Below are positions 58,282 to 64,000 of a stretch of 64,000 nucleotides of DNA, in pieces; position 1 is the first letter of the stretch; each line of letters begins with the position of its first letter. This DNA is from Phycisphaeraceae bacterium (GTDB taxonomy: Bacteria; Planctomycetota; Phycisphaerae; Phycisphaerales; Phycisphaeraceae). Position numbers and translations under genes: made by a program. The notes beneath the pieces were generated by a model, which saw only the letters and a list, made by a program, of their open reading frames with translations, had not been told where the DNA came from and searched no databases. The stretch spans positions 4,896,001-4,960,000 of the forward strand of contig OY771506.1 in assembly GCA_963674705.1 (NCBI GenBank). Reading direction: 5' to 3'.

Positions 58282-59310
58282 TCACGCGTCGCCTTTACCC
58301 AACTGCGGGTGGAGCATCCACAAGAACACCGGGCCGCCGACGATGGCGGTGAAGATGCCGATGGGCATCAGGCCGATGCCTTGCCAGAGGTTGAGCGCGG
58401 CGCTGGCGGTGTCGGCGGTGATGACCAGAGCGCCGCCCAGCATGGCCGAGCCGATCAACAATGGCCCGTGGCGAGGTCCGACGGCCAGGCGGGCGATGTG
58501 CGGGCAGATCAGGCCGACGAAAGCGATTGGGCCCGCCAGCACAACCGCGCCGGCTGCGAGTAAACCCGACGTTGCGAACAACATCATGCGCAGGCGTGGC
58601 AGATTCACACCAAGGCTCATCGCCTCTGAATCCGAGCTGGAAGCCACATCCATCGCGCGGGACTGCATGAGCAGCATGGCCCAACCGGCAGCCGTGACGG
58701 CCGCGACACTCCATGTCACGCGCACATCGATGCCTGCATCGAGATTGCCCATCATCCAGCGTGCGATGTTGTCGCGGATGCCGCCGGGGCCGACCAGGTA
58801 ATTCATCATCAGGATCAGCGCGCCGCAGATGGTGGATAGCACGACGCCGGTCAGAAGCAGGCCAAGTGGGTCGATGACGCCCTTGCGTCGCCCTGCTAAA
58901 AACACGATCAACATCGTCAGCATCGCCCCGATCACCGCCCCGCCGGCGTTGGTGCCGACCGCGACTTTGCCCGTGATCAGGAAGAACAGGTACGACTGGA
59001 CCATGATCCCCGCGCCGGCGCCGGTCGACAGCCCGAGGATGTAGGGTTCGGCGAGCGGATTGCGCAACAGCGACTGAAGCGATACACCACTGACGGATAG
59101 CGCGACCCCGACGATCAGGCCCAGCAGCATGCGTCCGATGCGGTCGCTGCTGATGAATGAGGCGTTCTCACCGGTGGGCCAGCCCAGCGATGCCGAACCT
59201 ATCAGCAGGCGTGCAGCGATCGCAGCCAGCAAAATCAGGCCGATCACGATCAGCGCGATGGTGATCCGCTTAGACTGATTGGATGGTGCAGGGGAGGCCG
59301 GCTGATTCAT
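58282..59310 (-). CDS. FecCD/BtuC-family ABC permease (iron-chelate or cobalamin)
   Basis: LQSLLRNPLAEPYILGLS.GA, EAMSLGV, GPIAFVGLICPH.AR. Confidence 0.93.
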   Translation of the reverse strand: MNQPASPAPSNQSKRITIALIVIGLILLAAIAARLLIGSASLGWPTGENASFISSDRIGRMLLGLIVGVALSVSGVSLQSLLRNPLAEPYILGLSTGAGAGIMVQSYLFFLITGKVAVGTNAGGAVIGAMLTMLIVFLAGRRKGVIDPLGLLLTGVVLSTICGALILMMNYLVGPGGIRDNIARWMMGNLDAGIDVRVTWSVAAVTAAGWAMLLMQSRAMDVASSSDSEAMSLGVNLPRLRMMLFATSGLLAAGAVVLAGPIAFVGLICPHIARLAVGPRHGPLLIGSAMLGGALVITADTASAALNLWQGIGLMPIGIFTAIVGGPVFLWMLHPQLGKGDA

Positions 59311-60269
59311 GGCAATGGCGCGTCCTGCTCAGCCATAACTTGATCGATTTCTTTGCTGAGATTCGGGTGGATCGCCTTGGCCATATCCGCACATACCGAG
59401 CCGATTGACGTACTGGGCAGCAGGACAAGCGGACCGTTGAGGACATAGACACGGTTGTTTTCGATCGCTGGAATCGGCAGACCTTCAAACGCGGCGAGTC
59501 TGGCATCACCCTCGGCCAGATCAGGGCTGTTGGGATCGAGCAGGAGGATGACCTGCGGCGCAAGTGCAATCAATGCTTCACGGTCATATTCCGGCGCGGT
59601 GACGGTGGCGTCGGCGGCTGCATTGAATCCGCCTGCAAAACCAAGCAGCTCGTCATGCACGGTATCGGGTCCCGAAGCCATCACCGGATCGGTCCCGAGT
59701 ACGAGCAAAACACTTGGAGCATCCTCAGCCGCGGTAAGACTGCTTATTGCAGCCAATTGGCGCAGCAACCGCATCTTCAACTGCATGGCTTTTTCGTTGA
59801 TCCCCAGGCTGGTTGCCAGGCTCGGGCTAGCATCCGGTGATTGATCGTAGAGGGTCTTCTGGATGTCCTGAATACTTAGCGGAAACGGGAAGGTATACAG
59901 ATCAAACTGGCCTAACTCGGCCAATCGTTTAACACTGGCCGGCGGCCCATCCGGCCCGGTCATCATCAGGACATGCGTTGGTTGCGTGGACAGCAGCAGC
60001 TCGGTGTTAACCGCGTTGTAGTTGCCGACAACAGGCAAGCCCTTGGGGGCCGCGAAGTCATGTTCAGCTACGCCGACGATTGAATCACCCAGCCCCAGGT
60101 CCACGAGCATCTGGCTTAATGCCGGGGCTATCGTGACGATGCGCGGGCCTTGCGGCTGCGTTGACTGTTCGGAATCGGGCAACGGCGCTGACTCTTCGCC
60201 ACAACCAGCCACGCATAGCACGGCAAGGATCAGGCTGAAAACGGCTGCAATACGCTGTAGCTTAGGCAT
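59307..60269 (-). CDS. BtuF-like helical-backbone ABC substrate-binding lipoprotein
   Basis: Lipobox VAGC; RIVTIAPA...LGLGD.IVGV; PA.ENNRVY. Confidence 0.85.
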   Translation of the reverse strand: MPKLQRIAAVFSLILAVLCVAGCGEESAPLPDSEQSTQPQGPRIVTIAPALSQMLVDLGLGDSIVGVAEHDFAAPKGLPVVGNYNAVNTELLLSTQPTHVLMMTGPDGPPASVKRLAELGQFDLYTFPFPLSIQDIQKTLYDQSPDASPSLATSLGINEKAMQLKMRLLRQLAAISSLTAAEDAPSVLLVLGTDPVMASGPDTVHDELLGFAGGFNAAADATVTAPEYDREALIALAPQVILLLDPNSPDLAEGDARLAAFEGLPIPAIENNRVYVLNGPLVLLPSTSIGSVCADMAKAIHPNLSKEIDQVMAEQDAPLP

Positions 60270-60332
60270 GGGGACATACTAAGACGATGCCGGAACGGGT
60301 GTCAATGAAAGCGGCGCAACGAGCCTCTGAAG

Positions 60333-61655
60333 TCATTCGGCTTCGGGCTCGATCTTCTCATGCGCAGGCGGCGGCAGTTCATCCGGATCGGGCTCGGTGT
60401 ACACCTCGTCGAATTCAACAAGGTCGGCCGATCGACGCAGCAACAGGTAGATCCAGACGTGTGCATTGAAGTAATAGCTGATGGCAAAGGCAGGCAATAT
60501 CGCAATCAACAGGCGGTTCCAGACCATGACGATCGCGGCGGTGATGGTTTCCGTACGGTTGAGTTGATCCCAGTCGGATTCAGCAAGTAACTCACCCCAC
60601 GCGGGGTCGGGCATGACGGCATCGAGCCGGGTGGAGCCATCCGCCGCTTCGAGCACGCCCATGGACAGGCAACTGCGTGTCATCCAGATGGTGCTGAAAA
60701 CGATCAGGCCAATCATCAGGTAAGTCAGCGCTCCGTAAACGATCATCGTGGCGGTGTAGAACAAGTACCGCCAGAAACGTCCGAGCACGTAGTTGAATGC
60801 TCTTCCCAGCACTTCGAAGGCGTCGGTGGCTTCAACGGAGATCGCCGGGATCAGGATATGCATCCCCAACGCCAGTCCGATCAGGAAGATCGCGGCAAAG
60901 AATCCCAGGATCAGGAACAAGCCGTAAAGCACCCCGCCCAGAATATTGAGTACCGGCAGGTTGAAGAAGATGAGCCCCGCCAATGCGAGTACGAGCTTGA
61001 TAATCACAACGATCCCCAGCGGGATCAACCACACGAGCATGGCCTGCACCCAGTGGGATAATGCGAATCGCAGTCCGACGAAGGCTGAGATGTGCTCGGA
61101 CCGGCATGCATCCAGCGCGGCAAGGCGGCTGATAGCGGTACCGATGAGGGTCGTGAGCGCAAAGGCGTACAGCAGGTAGACGATCAGGAATCCGGGATGC
61201 GTTGCGTACAGCCAACCGGGGATCTTCACGGCCATGTCGGCCAGTGCGCCGATGACGCCGCCGCTATCGGCGCCCATGCCCGCTGCCAGGTCTGAAAGGC
61301 CGAAGTCAAGGTTGGTCGCGGAGACGATCAGCCGTTCAAACGCGGCGACCTGCTGCTTGACCAGGGTTTCAAAGATGTAGTCGGTCCTGCCATCGGTGCC
61401 GACCTGCTGGAGCCATTCGGCGTAGCGCTGCGCGTCGTAGCGTTCGTAGGCCTGCAGTTCGTGCGGGTTGACCGCTTTCTGCCAGGCGAAGTCCATGGCC
61501 GTACCGCCAAGATACAACAGCAATACAAGCAGCAGTGACAGCAAGAGCCTGTGCGGCCACAAGGCCATGCTGAAAGCTCGGAAAATTCTGAGAAACGGTA
61601 GTGTCTCTCGCCAGTCGATCCCGTCCAGCACGACCCGCTGATGGTGCTCAGGCAT
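60333..61655 (-). CDS. Hypothetical polytopic membrane protein
   Basis: 440 aa with multiple TM segments; SD GGAG; typical codon usage. Confidence 0.75.
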   Translation of the reverse strand: MPEHHQRVVLDGIDWRETLPFLRIFRAFSMALWPHRLLLSLLLVLLLYLGGTAMDFAWQKAVNPHELQAYERYDAQRYAEWLQQVGTDGRTDYIFETLVKQQVAAFERLIVSATNLDFGLSDLAAGMGADSGGVIGALADMAVKIPGWLYATHPGFLIVYLLYAFALTTLIGTAISRLAALDACRSEHISAFVGLRFALSHWVQAMLVWLIPLGIVVIIKLVLALAGLIFFNLPVLNILGGVLYGLFLILGFFAAIFLIGLALGMHILIPAISVEATDAFEVLGRAFNYVLGRFWRYLFYTATMIVYGALTYLMIGLIVFSTIWMTRSCLSMGVLEAADGSTRLDAVMPDPAWGELLAESDWDQLNRTETITAAIVMVWNRLLIAILPAFAISYYFNAHVWIYLLLRRSADLVEFDEVYTEPDPDELPPPAHEKIEPEAE

Positions 61656-61691
61656 GTCAGCTCCGTGGTAGTTGCCTGTCGTGGAAGATGT

Positions 61692-62180
61692 TTATTCGCC
61701 GACGGCGGCGGCCCGGTCCAACTTAAGCGTGGACGGGTCCATCCCGGCTTCGATAGCCTTGATCTTCTGTACGCGGCGCTCGTGGCGTCCGCCTTCAAAC
61801 TCGGTGCGCAGCCAAGTCAGGATGATCTGCTCGACCACCCTTGCACCGATCATGTCAGCGGGGATGCAGATGACGTTGGCATCATTGTGCCGACGTGAAA
61901 CCTCGGCACCGATTTCATCGTGAACCAGTGCCGCACGGATGCCTTTCACCTTGTTCGCAGCGATCGACATGCCGATACCGGAGCCGCAGACGAGAACGCC
62001 CATGTCGGCCTTGCCTGTCGCGACCGCGTGGGCAACGGGGTAAGCCATGTCCGGGTAATCGCATGAACGATCGTGGCAGACCCCAAGCGGCAACGGGATG
62101 TGCCGGTTGGCTGTCAGCGTTTCGGAAATACTTCGAAGCGCGTCGGCTCCTCGGTGGTCTGCTCCTATTGCGATTTTCAT
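61692..62180 (-). CDS. rpiB: Ribose-5-phosphate isomerase B
   Basis: IGADHRG, DYPD, CGSGIGMSIAANKVKGIRAA, HNDANV, FEGGRH.RR. Confidence 0.96.
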   Translation of the reverse strand: MKIAIGADHRGADALRSISETLTANRHIPLPLGVCHDRSCDYPDMAYPVAHAVATGKADMGVLVCGSGIGMSIAANKVKGIRAALVHDEIGAEVSRRHNDANVICIPADMIGARVVEQIILTWLRTEFEGGRHERRVQKIKAIEAGMDPSTLKLDRAAAVGE

Positions 62181-63319
62181 AAAGGCAACTCCTTCAACCT
62201 TCGTACGAATGCACGACGGATAGCCTCGGCTGTCGACCGATACACCGAATCATCGGCACCAATCGGGTCCATCACATCGGCGTCCGGATCAAGACGGAAA
62301 GTCTTGCCGGTCGCCCCGGGCGATACCGCCAGTACTGCTTCCAGGTGCCCAGCGGTCATGCCATATATTACATCAGCCTCATCGATAAGTTCACGGGTCA
62401 GGGCGGTGGACTGATGGTTCTGGATATCGATCCCCTGCTGAGCTAAAGCCCGAACCGCCTCAGGCGAAGCGGGGTTGCCCCCATAAGCATATACACCGGC
62501 CGATTTTATATTGATCCCAGCGTCTTCTAGAGAAGCCGGATCAACCCCGATTTGTTCGGCGATCAATTGCCTGGCTATGCCCTGAGCCATGGGAGAACGA
62601 CACGTATTTCCGGTGCATACCATCAAGAGTGTGTAACGCACGAGTTTCCGGATGAATCGCTCGTCATATACCCCTTCTCGTAGTAATTGCCATTTTTGTT
62701 CGCAGCCGCTGCCGCTGATCTTCACGATCGTGGAAGGCTTGGCGTATTGGCAGTGTCCGCCATCGACGATCAGGTCGACGTGCTGGCCGATCGCGTCGGC
62801 CGCCTGCTGTACATCCACGGGTGGTCGCTCGCCGGGCAGGTTCGCACTGGTCGCAATCACCGCGTTTCCGCCGGCATCCAGCACAAGCCGACCCAGCGCA
62901 TGATCCGGACAACGCAAACCTACCACACCATCGTGGTAGATCCGGTCGTTCTGATCTTCAGTCAGCCCCAACGTTGCGAGTTTCTGCCGCCTCTGATCGG
63001 GCCCAACCTCGACTAGAAGCGTAATCGGGCCGGGCATGGCCTTGGTCGCAAGACGTTTGGCCGCTCCGGTACTAAGGTCAGCAAAACGATCGATCGCTGC
63101 CGGGCTTGGGATATGGACCGTAAAAGCGCGTGATGCATCGGACTGCTTCAGAGCACGCAGGCGATTGACGCCCTGCTCGTTGAGCGCTGACGCCGCGACA
63201 CCATAGACCGTTTCCGTGGGAAATATGACTAGTCCCCCGGCACGCAGCACCTCGGATGCCTGCTGGGCGACTTGCTTTTCCTGACGGGCGTCACCCGCTT
63301 CTAAGGTCGTTACATGCAT
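62177..63319 (-). CDS. Fusion of TsaC/YrdC-type threonylcarbamoyl-AMP synthase and a low-molecular-weight (YwlE-like) phosphatase
   Basis: FPTETVYG, PGPIT, TSAN, PSTIV followed by VCTGNTCRSPMA..SAG..DPIG. Confidence 0.88.
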   Translation of the reverse strand: MHVTTLEAGDARQEKQVAQQASEVLRAGGLVIFPTETVYGVAASALNEQGVNRLRALKQSDASRAFTVHIPSPAAIDRFADLSTGAAKRLATKAMPGPITLLVEVGPDQRRQKLATLGLTEDQNDRIYHDGVVGLRCPDHALGRLVLDAGGNAVIATSANLPGERPPVDVQQAADAIGQHVDLIVDGGHCQYAKPSTIVKISGSGCEQKWQLLREGVYDERFIRKLVRYTLLMVCTGNTCRSPMAQGIARQLIAEQIGVDPASLEDAGINIKSAGVYAYGGNPASPEAVRALAQQGIDIQNHQSTALTRELIDEADVIYGMTAGHLEAVLAVSPGATGKTFRLDPDADVMDPIGADDSVYRSTAEAIRRAFVRRLKELPL

Positions 63320-63390
63320 TGGATTACATTATTGGACCACGGTCAGACGATTGCAAATATCGGCTAGATTTTCGTCAAATACGAGCCTCT

Positions 63391-63873
63391 CTAGGATTCG
63401 GGCTCGACCTGGGTCGCTACCGCGCGTAAGAATGCTTCCAGGTAGTCACTGAGAAACAGGTCGACCCCCTTGATAGTCAGGTCGTGATTCGTGCCCCAGA
63501 TGCTGACGCGAAGATCGGTGAATTCCGGATCGATCTGCAAGACCACCTGCTGCTCATCATCACTTTTACCCGCAATGCTGCGTGCAAAGTGGGAGGACAA
63601 CGCGTTCACGCCTGGCCCGCCGATGCTGACCGTCGGCCGAGCATGCAGGACCGTATGGTTCAGGTACCAGATATCCGTACACACCACCGGCTTGATCGGC
63701 GTGCTCAAACTCTGGCGGTGTCGATCGACCCACTCATTGATGTGGTCGCGCAGGCGATAAGCCAACGGCCGATCCGCATCCTCGGCACGCAGGTGCGCAC
63801 CGACCACGATCAGCAACAGATGCGACGGGTCCAACCCGGGTTCAGAATCGGGTTGTGACGGCTGACTGGGCAT
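63391..63873 (-). CDS. Hypothetical protein
   Basis: 160-aa ORF with typical codon usage; SIGGPGVNALS motif. Confidence 0.65.
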   Translation of the reverse strand: MPSQPSQPDSEPGLDPSHLLLIVVGAHLRAEDADRPLAYRLRDHINEWVDRHRQSLSTPIKPVVCTDIWYLNHTVLHARPTVSIGGPGVNALSSHFARSIAGKSDDEQQVVLQIDPEFTDLRVSIWGTNHDLTIKGVDLFLSDYLEAFLRAVATQVEPES

Positions 63874-64000
63874 GGGAGGAATTTATGACTTCTGATCGCA
63901 AACAAACAATCTTAAGATCGGTCAAACACAGGGAATAACAACAGAACCTACGAAATAATAGCAGCCAAATGCCGGCGGACCACAGGCGCTGAGCCATCTG

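Overview
High-GC bacterial chromosomal segment. Gene content suggests Planctomycetota, probably Phycisphaerae (inference from the PEP-CTERM protein, sulfatase, MshEN-like Ser/Thr kinase, TsaC-phosphatase fusion and lack of rpmD). The core is the minus-strand S10-spc-alpha ribosomal protein cluster (rpsJ to rplQ, about 24.9-41.0 kb). It includes secY, map, infA, rpmJ and rpoA but has no rpmD, adk or rpsD, and it carries a zinc-free 89-aa S14. The flanks hold housekeeping genes (gmk, pyrB, pyrR, holA, mgtE, surE, rsmB, tal, glpK, pyrF, rpiB) and accessory genes (MCP, glycosidases, sulfatase, RND pair, AraC-GyrI regulator, lipoproteins). One intact IS630 with a programmed -1 frameshift is present. 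No rRNA, tRNA or CRISPR array was seen. The most unusual signals are: (1) several distinct families of short intergenic palindromic or tandem-inverted repeats, two of which place a G(CUUG)C hairpin in the mRNA sense, one with covarying stems inside the ribosomal operon; (2) the IS630 inserted at the terminal TA of one of these repeats; (3) about eight apparently leaderless genes; (4) a probable ATC start for pyrF; (5) a stand-alone IMP-cyclohydrolase half of PurH; (6) a TsaC fused to a YwlE-type phosphatase. All calls are from reading the sequence by eye; no searches were run.
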